In this document: positions 39,747 through 48,061 of the stretch, one piece after another
How positions within the stretch are numbered: the stretch's first letter is position 1
Layout: each line of letters starts with the position of its first letter
NCBI GenBank assembly: GCA_964434255.1
Contig: CAYSUL010000001.1
Coordinates: 27,720-91,719 of the forward strand
Length of the DNA stretch: 64,000 bases
Origin: an uncultured Candidatus Saccharibacteria bacterium
Lineage (GTDB): Bacteria; Patescibacteriota; Minisyncoccia; Phycocordibacterales; Phycocordibacteraceae
Direction of reading: 5' to 3'
Translations under genes and position numbers: made by a program
Notes under the pieces: model-generated
Told to the model about the DNA's origin: nothing
Databases searched by the model: none
The model's input: only the letters and a program-made list of their open reading frames with translations

Positions 39747-39771
39747 CTGGCAGACTAGGCCTCGAATCTAC
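39747..39771 (+). repeat. R-type repeat copy 1 (CTGGCAGACTAGGCCTCGAATCTAC)
   Basis: tRNA-3'-end-like. Overlaps the stop codon of the convergent HAD gene. Confidence 0.7.
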
Positions 39772-40460
39772 ATCTCATAAATCACATCCTTCCTCTCCAC
39801 CACGACTGGCCAGCCATGCTTCTTCGCATGCCGATAGAGAAGACGGTTCGGATTGAACGCGACCGGGTTCTCGACCATCGTAAGCATGGAGATATCACTC
39901 TCGGTGTCCCCTACCCCATAGGAATTCTTGAAGGTGAGGTTCTCCTTCTCGACCGCGCGCTTGAGTACCGCACTCTTGTTCATGATGAGATGCTCGTCCG
40001 CTATCTCGCCGGTGAAGCGGTTACTGGCCCCTGTCTCGTAGAACGTGCCATAGGACTTGTGGAACCCGAGCTCGTACGCGAATCCGTCCACGATGAACTT
40101 CGGCGAGTGCGAGATGGCAAGGAGGAAGTATCCCTTCGCCTTCAAATCATCGACGAGATCGCGGGTATAGCGATACGTCCTGTCCTTCTTGGCTTCAATT
40201 ATCTCGCCTGCTACGTCAGCAACATCGCCATACGGCGCCCCCTTCGCATGCTTACCGAACGCCTGCACTACTTTCTTTATAAAAGGCTCGTACTCCCCTT
40301 TTCTGTTCAACCATTCGAGCTGCGAGGTCTCATAGCTCTTCCGGGCGTCTGCCGGGAATATCTCTCGCTTGATCAGCTCCTCGACGAGCTCTATGAGGAG
40401 CGAGGAGCGGAAGAGTGTGCCGTCTATATCGAATACCGCGACGGGCTGCTGCTTTTCCAT
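39768..40460 (-). CDS. HAD-superfamily hydrolase (phosphoserine-phosphatase-like, HAD-IB)
   Basis: DIDGTL motif I. Cap domain. Motifs III/IV GDTESD. Confidence 0.85.
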   Translation of the reverse strand: MEKQQPVAVFDIDGTLFRSSLLIELVEELIKREIFPADARKSYETSQLEWLNRKGEYEPFIKKVVQAFGKHAKGAPYGDVADVAGEIIEAKKDRTYRYTRDLVDDLKAKGYFLLAISHSPKFIVDGFAYELGFHKSYGTFYETGASNRFTGEIADEHLIMNKSAVLKRAVEKENLTFKNSYGVGDTESDISMLTMVENPVAFNPNRLLYRHAKKHGWPVVVERKDVIYEM

Positions 40461-40493
40461 GCCTCCATGGTACCTCTACTGCGGAAAAGGAAA

Positions 40494-40513
40494 AGCGCCT
40501 CCGAAGAGACGCT
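40494..40513 (-). terminator. minus-strand hairpin agcgtctc-ttcg-gaggcgct then TTTTCCTTTTCC
   Basis: Forms with a G-U pair only in the minus-strand transcript. Ends 34 nt upstream of the HAD start. Confidence 0.5.
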
Positions 40514-40765
40514 GTTTCGCACGAAAGGACCGGCCCCAGCCCTTTAGCTTCCACCGAAGTAGCAAATAATGCGCCGGAGCGCTGATATGCCCTTGACCGC
40601 ACTCCTTTAGGCTGCAGGGCGCACCTTTTATCCCGGGGTATGGGAGGTGCAACAATGTAGACACACGGGAGTGTGAACGGCCAACCCCTTGAGCTTTCAC
40701 TGTGTCGGGTTGGTTCAAGGACTGGGACCTGGACCGATGCTACTCCTGACGCGCGCCCGCGTCAA

Positions 40766-41449
40766 TCACTTCGCCTTAGGCCAGACAAGAGCAGCCGGAG
40801 ACCATATCTTCGTCAACGGATGATCCTCGCAAGCGTGCGGGATAGCGTTGCAGACGTAGCGGCCATACAGCACGAGGCCGTTATTCACGTACCGCCAATC
40901 TTTCTTCGGCACTAAAGCCTCGAGCTCCTTCGATATCTTCGTGAGCTCGGTGGAATCGGATAGGTCGAAGCGAATAGCGAAGCGCCGTACGTGCGTATCG
41001 GTCGGTATGCCATCCCAGATGTTATACAGCTCGCCGAGCACCACATGCGCGGTCTTGTACGCGACCCCTGGAAGTTTCGTCAGCTCTGGCTCGGTCTTGG
41101 GCACCTCTCCACCGAATTCATCGAGAAGGAGCCGTGCGGAACTTAAGATGTATTTCGTCTTGCTCTGATGGAACGTGATGCTCGAGGTCTCGCGGGAGAA
41201 TACGCCAGGGTCTGCGTCCGCAAAATCCTGAACGGTTTGGTATTTCTTGAAAAGCGTATCGGTGACTGCGTTCACTTTCTTATCCGTGCACTGCGCAGAA
41301 AGAATGACGGCGACCACCAGCTGGAACGGGGTGGAATAGTTGAGCTCTGTCTTGGGGATGGGATAGGTCTTCTTGAGATACGCGAGTATCTTCCCCATCC
41401 GCTCCTTTCGCTCCTCGAACTTGGGGTCGAGCATCGGAAGTTGGCTCAT
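40766..41449 (-). CDS. nth: endonuclease III
   Basis: HhH-GPD with a C-terminal C-x6-C-x2-C-x5-C Fe-S motif. Confidence 0.9.
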   Translation of the reverse strand: MSQLPMLDPKFEERKERMGKILAYLKKTYPIPKTELNYSTPFQLVVAVILSAQCTDKKVNAVTDTLFKKYQTVQDFADADPGVFSRETSSITFHQSKTKYILSSARLLLDEFGGEVPKTEPELTKLPGVAYKTAHVVLGELYNIWDGIPTDTHVRRFAIRFDLSDSTELTKISKELEALVPKKDWRYVNNGLVLYGRYVCNAIPHACEDHPLTKIWSPAALVWPKAK

Positions 41450-41455
41450 AGGCTT

Positions 41456-41923
41456 CTAAGCGAGCTCACGGAGGTCGGCAAGCACTTCTTCTGCATGTTT
41501 TTCCGGCTTCACTCCCTCATACACCTTCAGTATGGTTCCGTCAGACCCTACAAGGAACGAAGTGCGGAATATTCCATCGTATTCACGGCCCATGAACTTC
41601 TTCCTTCCCCATACGTCGTATGCGTTCACTACTTTCCTGTCCTCGTCCGCAAGCAGCGGGAACATAAGACCATGCTTCTCCACGAACTTCTTGTGGCTCT
41701 TTACGCTATCGGCCGATATACCGAGCACCACTGCCTTGAGCTTCTTGAAATCAGGTTCCGCGTCGCGTATGGCGCACGCCTGCTTGGTACAGCCTGGCGT
41801 ATCGTCCTTCGGATAGAAATAGATGAGAACGGGCTTGCCGCGATAGCTTGAGAGCGTGTGCGGGGTGCCATCCTGGTCGAGAAGCGTAAAGTCCGGAGCC
41901 TGCGCTCCTACTTTCGGCATCAT
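41456..41923 (-). CDS. bcp: thiol peroxidase / peroxiredoxin Bcp
   Basis: FTPGCT peroxidatic cysteine motif. Start taken at MMPKVG. Confidence 0.85.
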   Translation of the reverse strand: MMPKVGAQAPDFTLLDQDGTPHTLSSYRGKPVLIYFYPKDDTPGCTKQACAIRDAEPDFKKLKAVVLGISADSVKSHKKFVEKHGLMFPLLADEDRKVVNAYDVWGRKKFMGREYDGIFRTSFLVGSDGTILKVYEGVKPEKHAEEVLADLRELA

Positions 41924-43068
41924 AGCTCCACCTCGTCGCTGCGGGAGAACGCGAAGCCGTACGCGATAGCGACTATCGCGCCGATAGCGGCAGCGGAGAG
42001 CACGAGTACGAACACCTTGCCCACGACCGGAATGATACCGACGAGATACAACACGAACATGCCGAGTACGGCGCCACGCCACGAGACGCCCTGTCGCTTG
42101 AAGAGGCCGCGCATGAGCGCTGCACCGGCGAGTATGCCTGCGTACAGATACCCAACGAGAAGAAGCGAGAGGTATGCGAGCAGGAGCAGGAGCGCGACCA
42201 CCGTTCCCACGAACGAGATGAGGAGCAGGATGATGAGCGCGGGAGTTGCGACCGTGACCGCGAACCCAAGAAGGGCGAACAGTACGAAATGCCTTGGGGA
42301 ACGTGCGAGCACGCGCTCGGTCACCCGGCTCGTGAAGCGCGGGAAGAGACCGGCAAGGAGGCCGGCGGCGATAACTGCAGCGATTACGCTCGCGACGAAG
42401 AAGACGCCCGCGCCTGCGATAGCGAACCGCTTCGCTTCTTCGACCGTCGGGAGGTATGCGGAAGCACCGGTGTACACCACTCCCCCATCGACCGCGGTCG
42501 ACGCAGGGACTCCTGCCTGCTGCGGTGCATTGTATTTAAGTACACCATGGATGCGCGTGCCCTCTCCGAGCGTAAGGCGTTCCGAGGCGACCACCTCAAC
42601 GTCGCCCAGGTATTCACCCGCCAGATACACGTCACCCCCATAGATGACCACGGGACCGGTAGCGCCATTCTCGAGGCGAACGCTCGCGCCTGCGATGCGT
42701 GTCGAGGAGGCGGTACCAGTGACTACGACAGAGCCTCCTGCAAGCATGAGGTCGCCACCGATAGTGTCCTCGATGATGATGCGTCCACCAGCTGCGCGCA
42801 CATCGCCCGCGACCGGCCGCTTGAGGTCAATCGTTCCCCCTGCAAGCGTCGCGTCGCCCGCGACCGCTGCTGAAAGGGTGAGTGTTCCTCCTGCCGCAAG
42901 AACGTCCCCACCAATCGGTGCGGATACGTTCACGTCGGTACCTGTCAGGTACGCGTTATCCGCTATGGGCTCCGAGATGACTAGTGTACGGTCGGTACGC
43001 ACCGTGGACGCCAGCGTTATGCCCGGAATGACGAGGAGGAGTGCAAGCGCTAGCAGTCGACGCTTCAT
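41920..43068 (-). CDS. bactofilin-like (polymer-forming cytoskeletal) repeat protein with C-terminal multi-TM region
   Basis: Signal peptide. Repeated GGDV/AGG beta-helical motifs. About six C-terminal TM helices. Confidence 0.65.
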   Translation of the reverse strand: MKRRLLALALLLVIPGITLASTVRTDRTLVISEPIADNAYLTGTDVNVSAPIGGDVLAAGGTLTLSAAVAGDATLAGGTIDLKRPVAGDVRAAGGRIIIEDTIGGDLMLAGGSVVVTGTASSTRIAGASVRLENGATGPVVIYGGDVYLAGEYLGDVEVVASERLTLGEGTRIHGVLKYNAPQQAGVPASTAVDGGVVYTGASAYLPTVEEAKRFAIAGAGVFFVASVIAAVIAAGLLAGLFPRFTSRVTERVLARSPRHFVLFALLGFAVTVATPALIILLLISFVGTVVALLLLLAYLSLLLVGYLYAGILAGAALMRGLFKRQGVSWRGAVLGMFVLYLVGIIPVVGKVFVLVLSAAAIGAIVAIAYGFAFSRSDEVEL

Positions 43069-43072
43069 AGGT

Positions 43073-43546
43073 TCAGGATACCACAGGGCGTATGGGGGTG
43101 AGTTTTGCACGTCCGGGGGCGTGCCTTGCCCACAACCTAAGAGCAATAAGGCATATAAGGGCCGCTATGACCGCCGACGCGATGCAGTAGATGCACAACG
43201 CCTTGATGAGGGCGAACTGGATGAAGAGGAATGCTAAGGATGCAATGAGGCCGAGCACGCCGAGTACCGCGACCGCCTGGTAGAGCGGGTGGTGGGTGCG
43301 GACGAAGAGGATCGCGACAAGGACAAAAAGGAAGCAATAGAAGATGACGCCGTAGAGCGCGAGCGGCAGCCCGAAGAGCTTCGAGTAAGGACTCTGCGCA
43401 ACGATATTGCAGCCATCGAGCACCGCACCCACGTCGCAGAAGAGCGCAGCTCCCTGGAATGCAGAAAGAGTGAGGTACCACGCATCTGCTATGCCGAGGA
43501 ATGCGAGGACGAGCAATGTCACGAGTAGCCCGTTACGGGTGTTCAT
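43073..43546 (-). CDS. vitamin K epoxide reductase (VKOR) family protein
   Basis: Polytopic. CxxC CIYC in a TM helix plus loop cysteines. Confidence 0.8.
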   Translation of the reverse strand: MNTRNGLLVTLLVLAFLGIADAWYLTLSAFQGAALFCDVGAVLDGCNIVAQSPYSKLFGLPLALYGVIFYCFLFVLVAILFVRTHHPLYQAVAVLGVLGLIASLAFLFIQFALIKALCIYCIASAVIAALICLIALRLWARHAPGRAKLTPIRPVVS

Positions 43547-43598
43547 CAAGCTATCGTAGCCTGCGGACGTATGAGCGGCAAATGGGTATACTTGTGCC

Positions 43599-43994
43599 AT
43601 GGAACCGATGCCGCAGACGGATGAGGAGTGGCGCGAGAAGCTCTCGCCCGAAGAATACCGAGTGCTCCGGGAGCGCGAGACGGAGGCTCCTTTCTCGGGC
43701 GCGTACGTAGAGAATCATGAGGAGGGCGTATACCGCTGCAAAGCGTGCGGGAACCTCCTATTCACCTCTGACCAGAAGTTCGACTCGGGCACCGGCTGGC
43801 CATCGTTCACCGATCCTGCGGTGGCGGAGAACGTGGGCACGCGTCCCGACGACACATACGGCATGCACCGCACCGAGGTGTACTGCAAGAAATGCGACGG
43901 CCATCTGGGTCACGTATTCAATGACGGCCCAGCTGAAGCAGGCGGCAAGCGGTATTGCATCAATTCCGTCTGCCTAGCCTTCGAGAAGGAATAA
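43599..43994 (+). CDS. msrB: peptide-methionine (R)-S-oxide reductase MsrB
   Basis: SelR domain. Two CxxC zinc pairs. Catalytic RYCINS. Confidence 0.9.
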   Translation: MEPMPQTDEEWREKLSPEEYRVLRERETEAPFSGAYVENHEEGVYRCKACGNLLFTSDQKFDSGTGWPSFTDPAVAENVGTRPDDTYGMHRTEVYCKKCDGHLGHVFNDGPAEAGGKRYCINSVCLAFEKE

Positions 43995-44000
43995 CGAGTG

Positions 44001-44033
44001 AGGCACCATCCGTATCTGGTACGAATGGTGCCT
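44001..44033. terminator. hairpin aggcaccat...atggtgcct between convergent msrB and gcrA
   Basis: Perfect 9-bp stem. No T-run. Confidence 0.4.
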
Positions 44034-44039
44034 GAATCA

Positions 44040-44546
44040 CTAGATATATCGCTGGAGTGAACGGGCGAGCTCGTTCGTGCGAGTTCGCCTCTTGGTCTGC
44101 GCCGGTTGATACGCCACGCGAGCGTGCTCCAGGCAGTACGGCCCATCGTCCTGCCGCCTTCCGCAGAAAGTGAAGCCGTCGGTGAATGGGTCGCCGATAG
44201 GCCATTTGCACATGTGAGCGTCGAGCGTGAGGATGGTCGCCGTGCCCGGAGCTTCCTCGACATACTGCACCGGCGCCGGGATGGGCGCGGTGGCGACAAT
44301 CGGAGCAGGCTCAGCGACACGCCGACGTGCGACAGACGCTGCAGCCGGACGGGGCGAACGCGGTGCCTTGAACACGGGCCGGGCCGGTTTCGATGGCGTC
44401 GCACGACCCGAAAGCCCGAGCCGGTGGACTTTGCCGATGACAGCGTTGCGCGTCACGCCGCCCAACTGTTTAGCTATCTGGTCTCCAGAGAGACCGTCCT
44501 GCCAGAGCTTCTTGAGACTCTCTACGCGTTCGTCGGTCCAACCCAT
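44040..44546 (-). CDS. gcrA: GcrA-family cell-cycle transcriptional regulator
   Basis: N-terminus MGWTDERVESLKKLWQDGLSGDQIAKQLGGVTRNAVIGKVHRLGLSGR matches the GcrA DNA-binding domain almost residue for residue. C-terminal CKWPIGDP...FTFCG motif. Confidence 0.8.
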   Translation of the reverse strand: MGWTDERVESLKKLWQDGLSGDQIAKQLGGVTRNAVIGKVHRLGLSGRATPSKPARPVFKAPRSPRPAAASVARRRVAEPAPIVATAPIPAPVQYVEEAPGTATILTLDAHMCKWPIGDPFTDGFTFCGRRQDDGPYCLEHARVAYQPAQTKRRTRTNELARSLQRYI

Positions 44547-44673
44547 GATCTTCCCTTTCCCGCCGCTGGCGGTTCCGTGAGGAATGAATGTCTAGAAACT
44601 GCTTTCTCTTCCCTTCCGGAGCGGATTATATGACGCCTCGACAAATCGCTATCAACAGGAGCTAATGATGAGC

Positions 44674-45633
44674 TTAGGTGCAGCCCATCGTTGTCGCTCC
44701 GTCCTTCCTCATCCCTACGTTAGTTTCCGCATATCGTACATAGGTCTCGCCTTCCGCTTTCGTGAATATTGCGGTGACCGCGAGCCCGCAACGCACGCTC
44801 GGTTCCCAATACTGATCGAATACGAAATTGCCGAGGGAGTAATACACGCGGGTGCTGCCGATATCCTCCACCTCCCCCACAACATGCGAGTGCGTGCCGA
44901 TGATGAGGTCCGCTCCTGCGTTCGCGAATGCTCGTGCGAGCTCGCGTACTCGTACGGGTGGAGCGGTCTCATACTCATTTCCCCAATGCGCAAGCACGAT
45001 TACAGCGTCCGCACTCTGCACCGCGTCGCTTTCAAGCGCCTGGCGGGCACGCGCAGAATCCCCGCCCACGAAGTCGCTATACGAAACGAACGCGAGGCGC
45101 ACACCGTTCACCTCTTGTACTACCGGCTCGATAGAGTCTCCGGTCGGGTCGCCGATATACTCGATGCCTGCACCAGACAGGTATTTGGTGGTCGAGCGCA
45201 CGCCATCGGCTCCGAAGTCCTTGATATGGTTGTTGCCTATCGAGACGAGGTCGAAGCCGTAATCGAGCAGGAGCTTCCGTACGCTCGAGGCGAACGTGAA
45301 GCGCATGTTGGTAAGCTCTCCGATCTGGGTACCCTGCGACTGCGATAGGTTATCCGTTATCGGGCCTTCCAGGTTCCCGACGTTCATATCGGCTTCCGAC
45401 AGAAGCCGCTCGACGCCGCCGAGCACATGAGCATTCCCATTCCGCGCGAGCACGGTACGGATATACCGGTCGAACATCATATCGCCCACGAACAGGACCG
45501 TCGCGGTCTTTATCTCCTCTTTCTTCTGGAAGATCCTGGCTTGGCTAGTCTCTACCGTCTGTGAGCTGAGCATGAAAAGCGTGAGGCTGAACGCCCCAGC
45601 GAATATGAGGAGTATGGTTCCGACCCTCTTCAT
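44674..45633 (-). CDS. capA: CapA-family metallophosphatase (poly-gamma-glutamate synthesis-type)
   Basis: N-terminal TM. Calcineurin-like phosphoesterase motifs (GDMMFDR, GNNH). Confidence 0.75.
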   Translation of the reverse strand: MKRVGTILLIFAGAFSLTLFMLSSQTVETSQARIFQKKEEIKTATVLFVGDMMFDRYIRTVLARNGNAHVLGGVERLLSEADMNVGNLEGPITDNLSQSQGTQIGELTNMRFTFASSVRKLLLDYGFDLVSIGNNHIKDFGADGVRSTTKYLSGAGIEYIGDPTGDSIEPVVQEVNGVRLAFVSYSDFVGGDSARARQALESDAVQSADAVIVLAHWGNEYETAPPVRVRELARAFANAGADLIIGTHSHVVGEVEDIGSTRVYYSLGNFVFDQYWEPSVRCGLAVTAIFTKAEGETYVRYAETNVGMRKDGATTMGCT

Positions 45634-45655
45634 ACACTGATGATACAGTAGGCGG

Positions 45656-46195
45656 ATGAAGGAGGTAGCGATGTTCGGTGGAGGATGCTTCTGGTGTACG
45701 GAAGCGGTATTCAAGATGATGAAAGGAGTGACTGCGGTCGCGCCGGGCTACGCAGGCGGGCACACGAAGAACCCGACCTATGAACAGGTATCGACTGGAG
45801 AGACCGGCCATGCCGAGGTCATCCGTATAGAATACGACCCCGCGGTGGTAGCGTATCGCACGCTCCTCACCATATTCTTCGCTTCGCATGATGCGACGCA
45901 GTTGAATCAGCAGGGCAATGATATAGGCACCCAGTACCGCTCTGCGGTGTTCCCTACGACGCCTAAGCAAAACATTGAGACCGAAGCGTTCATTCGCGAG
46001 CTCGAAGCCTCGAGCACGGACGGCGACCCGATAGTAACCACCATAGAAGAGAACGCGGTCTTCTATCCTGCCGAGGAGTACCACAGGGACTATTTCGAGA
46101 ACCATCCCGAGCAGGCGTACTGCCAGATAGTGATAGCGCCGAAGCTCCAGAAGGTGCAGAAGGTGTACGCAGAGCTTCTCTCGCAACCTTCCTAG
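45656..46195 (+). CDS. msrA: peptide-methionine (S)-S-oxide reductase MsrA
   Basis: GGGCFWC active site. Confidence 0.9.
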   Translation: MKEVAMFGGGCFWCTEAVFKMMKGVTAVAPGYAGGHTKNPTYEQVSTGETGHAEVIRIEYDPAVVAYRTLLTIFFASHDATQLNQQGNDIGTQYRSAVFPTTPKQNIETEAFIRELEASSTDGDPIVTTIEENAVFYPAEEYHRDYFENHPEQAYCQIVIAPKLQKVQKVYAELLSQPS

Positions 46196-46310
46196 GCGGG
46201 CGAGTGTTCTAGGAGATAGGAAGATCTTTGACAGCCGGAACATCGTCGCGCGCAGAAATGCGAGCGAGGTCCAACATACGCGCCTTTACTCGAACTCTAA
46301 CGCAACGAAT

Positions 46311-46556
46311 ATGACTATATTCCGCGCTCTCGGTCTCTTGGTGCTTATCTTGGTCCTGCAATCGATGGTTCCTGCTATATGGAGCGAACTCGAGGCTACT
46401 ATCATCGCGTTCTTGCACGGTGCACGCATATCAGCTGGCGTCGCGACGAGTATTGCTGCTTCTGCTGGAAGCACCAACCTATCCGTCCCGCTCTCCGCTA
46501 TGCCCTTCACCACCCCGCCCTTCCCCCTTCCGCAAGCCGCGTATACCAACCTCTAA
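46311..46556 (+). CDS. possible small secreted protein (81 aa)
   Basis: N-terminal signal-like helix and Pro-rich C-terminus. Atypical third-position usage and no RBS. Two tandem hairpins follow. Confidence 0.3.
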   Translation: MTIFRALGLLVLILVLQSMVPAIWSELEATIIAFLHGARISAGVATSIAASAGSTNLSVPLSAMPFTTPPFPLPQAAYTNL

Positions 46557-46574
46557 CTCTCTCCCGTCGCCTAA

Positions 46575-46640
46575 GCCAATTCCTCGGGATTGGCTTTCGT
46601 ATTTCCATAAGAAGAAAGCCGCTCCAGGGAGCGGCTTTCT
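46575..46640 (+). terminator. two tandem hairpins (gccaattcc-tcg-gggattggc; agaaagccgctcc-aggga-gcggctttct)
   Basis: The second is a perfect 13-bp stem followed by TCTTG. Confidence 0.55.
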
Positions 46641-46785
46641 TCTTGCATCAGACGAATTGTTTACGGCTTAGTTGTAAAAATGCTACATCACAAGTGATGG
46701 AGGTAAGCCGTAAACAGCTCGTCTCATACGCACGATTACATAAAAGATATCATATATCCTTTTGCAAGTCAACAGCCCCCCGGTA

Positions 46786-46805
46786 GGCTCGGACGGTGTT
46801 GGAAC
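46786..46805 (+). repeat. L-type repeat copy E, degenerate solo copy (GGCTCGGACGGTGTTGGAAC)
   Basis: 15/19 identity to the L core. Precedes the candidate sRNA region. Confidence 0.45.
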
Positions 46806-47005
46806 CTTGATTTGTCTTAGAATCTCTATACTCTAACCTCGGGTGTTCGGGCAACACAATTGGCTAGCCCAAACGTGGCCATTAGTTCCTGCGCAGGCAG
46901 GAGCTGGTCTCAGAAGTAGCGATTAGCTACCACAAGGTGACGAACTCAATACCTGAGAAACGCTGACAGAGATCATTCCTCGACTTTTGGTGCTCGAACA
47001 CTTCC

Positions 47006-47032
47006 AGACCACTTCATGTGGTCTTTCTTTTT
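47006..47032 (+). terminator. terminator agaccac-ttcat-gtggtct-TTCTTTTTG
   Basis: Perfect 7-bp stem plus a T-run, 13 nt before repeat L-B. Confidence 0.8.
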
Positions 47033-47044
47033 GCGTACTAAAGT

Positions 47045-47073
47045 CTGCTGGGGGTCTGGGACGATGTTGGAAC
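47045..47073 (+). repeat. L-type repeat copy B (CTGCTGGGGGTCTGGGACGATGTTGGAAC)
   Basis: Core sits inside a GGGGTC...GACCCC hairpin (47051-47090). Confidence 0.7.
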
Positions 47074-47102
47074 TTCACTAATACGACCCCATGACCCGAT
47101 AG

Positions 47103-47130
47103 TTGATAAATATAGACATTTGTGTTATAA
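47103..47130 (+). promoter_or_regulatory. AT-rich promoter TTGATA-N16-TTATAA for the module B gene
   Basis: -35 at 47103-47108, -10 at 47125-47130. AGGAG RBS at 47152-47156, 7 nt before the ATG. Confidence 0.45.
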
Positions 47131-47163
47131 AGACAAAAGTGATGCATCGCTAGGAGACGTCTA

Positions 47164-47571
47164 ATGGAAGAGGTTCCCTCTCGCTCTTTTCTGGTCTTCA
47201 GGACCTTTCCTGACACCTGGGAATTGCCGGGTGAATACAGCAATGTACTTGAGAAGCATCTTTGTTCTATCCCAACGGAACTAATACTTCCGTGGCCGGT
47301 CAACATTTGCCCCAGAAATATTGGGGATGAGATCTGCTTCTCGAGCATGTTGACCCCGTATGCCGACTTCGTGGTGGAGAAGTTTGAGTACATCTACAGT
47401 CGCAAGAAAGGGGTTACTCAGTGGGTTCGTTTAAGACCTACTGAGGACGGCATGGACTTTAACCTCAACACGCTGCTTCACGCAGCCGATGAGGGGTTCC
47501 TGTTCGAATCTGAAGTCCCAATTTCACGAGTGTTGTACGACGCCGGCCTTCGACACACGGCCGTCGGATGA
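47164..47571 (+). CDS. hypothetical protein (cargo of module B), ~50% GC
   Basis: 135 aa. Strong RBS. Lower GC than host genes. No recognisable domain. Confidence 0.55.
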   Translation: MEEVPSRSFLVFRTFPDTWELPGEYSNVLEKHLCSIPTELILPWPVNICPRNIGDEICFSSMLTPYADFVVEKFEYIYSRKKGVTQWVRLRPTEDGMDFNLNTLLHAADEGFLFESEVPISRVLYDAGLRHTAVG

Positions 47572-47616
47572 CATTGCAGCAGCCCTCACACTTCGATGAT
47601 GTGGGGGCTTTAATAT

Positions 47617-47642
47617 TGCTGGCAGACTAGGGATCGAACCTA
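47617..47642 (+). repeat. R-type repeat copy 2 (TGCTGGCAGACTAGGGATCGAACCTA)
   Basis: tRNA-3'-end-like. Its CTA is the stop codon of the convergent metallopeptidase gene. Confidence 0.7.
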
Positions 47643-48043
47643 TTTGTCCCCTCCTCCTCCCGACCCTGCACATGCGGCTCATCCATGCCGAAATAGTGGC
47701 CGAGCTCATGCCAGATAGTTTCGCGTATCACGATGCGTATCGCATCCCGGAATTCCCTATCCATCTCTTCTGCCTCTTCGATGATAGGTAGCCGATAGAG
47801 CGTGATGGTGTCCGGCATGGTGCCACCAATGCCATACTCGCTGCCGCGCTCCGAGAGCGGAACGCCATGATACAGACCGAGCAGGGTCTCTTCGTGTTCG
47901 AGCCCCTCTTCCTTCCTAACTTCTTCGCTCAGCTCGTCCTCGATCAGAAGCGCGACGTTCTTCACCGACCGCTCGAATCGCTCCGGCACCTTCTTCCACT
48001 CCTCTGCGGCTATCGCCTCGAATTCACGTATATCCATGTCCAT
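47627..48043 (-). CDS. zincin-like metallopeptidase-family protein (DUF1025-like)
   Basis: 138 aa with HExxH motif WHELGHY. Confidence 0.75.
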   Translation of the reverse strand: MDMDIREFEAIAAEEWKKVPERFERSVKNVALLIEDELSEEVRKEEGLEHEETLLGLYHGVPLSERGSEYGIGGTMPDTITLYRLPIIEEAEEMDREFRDAIRIVIRETIWHELGHYFGMDEPHVQGREEEGTNRFDP

Positions 48044-48061
48044 AGTTTATACTCCATACAC

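Noticed and set aside
39747-39771. R repeats as genuine tRNA genes or tRNA fragments
   Set aside because: They cannot be folded into a cloverleaf (acceptor strand too short, no 5' half nearby). Treated as tRNA-3'-end-like att-type sequences only.
40476-40718. 80-aa minus-strand ORF in the nth-HAD intergenic region
   Set aside because: No RBS, Gly/Arg-rich low-complexity translation. Region treated as noncoding.
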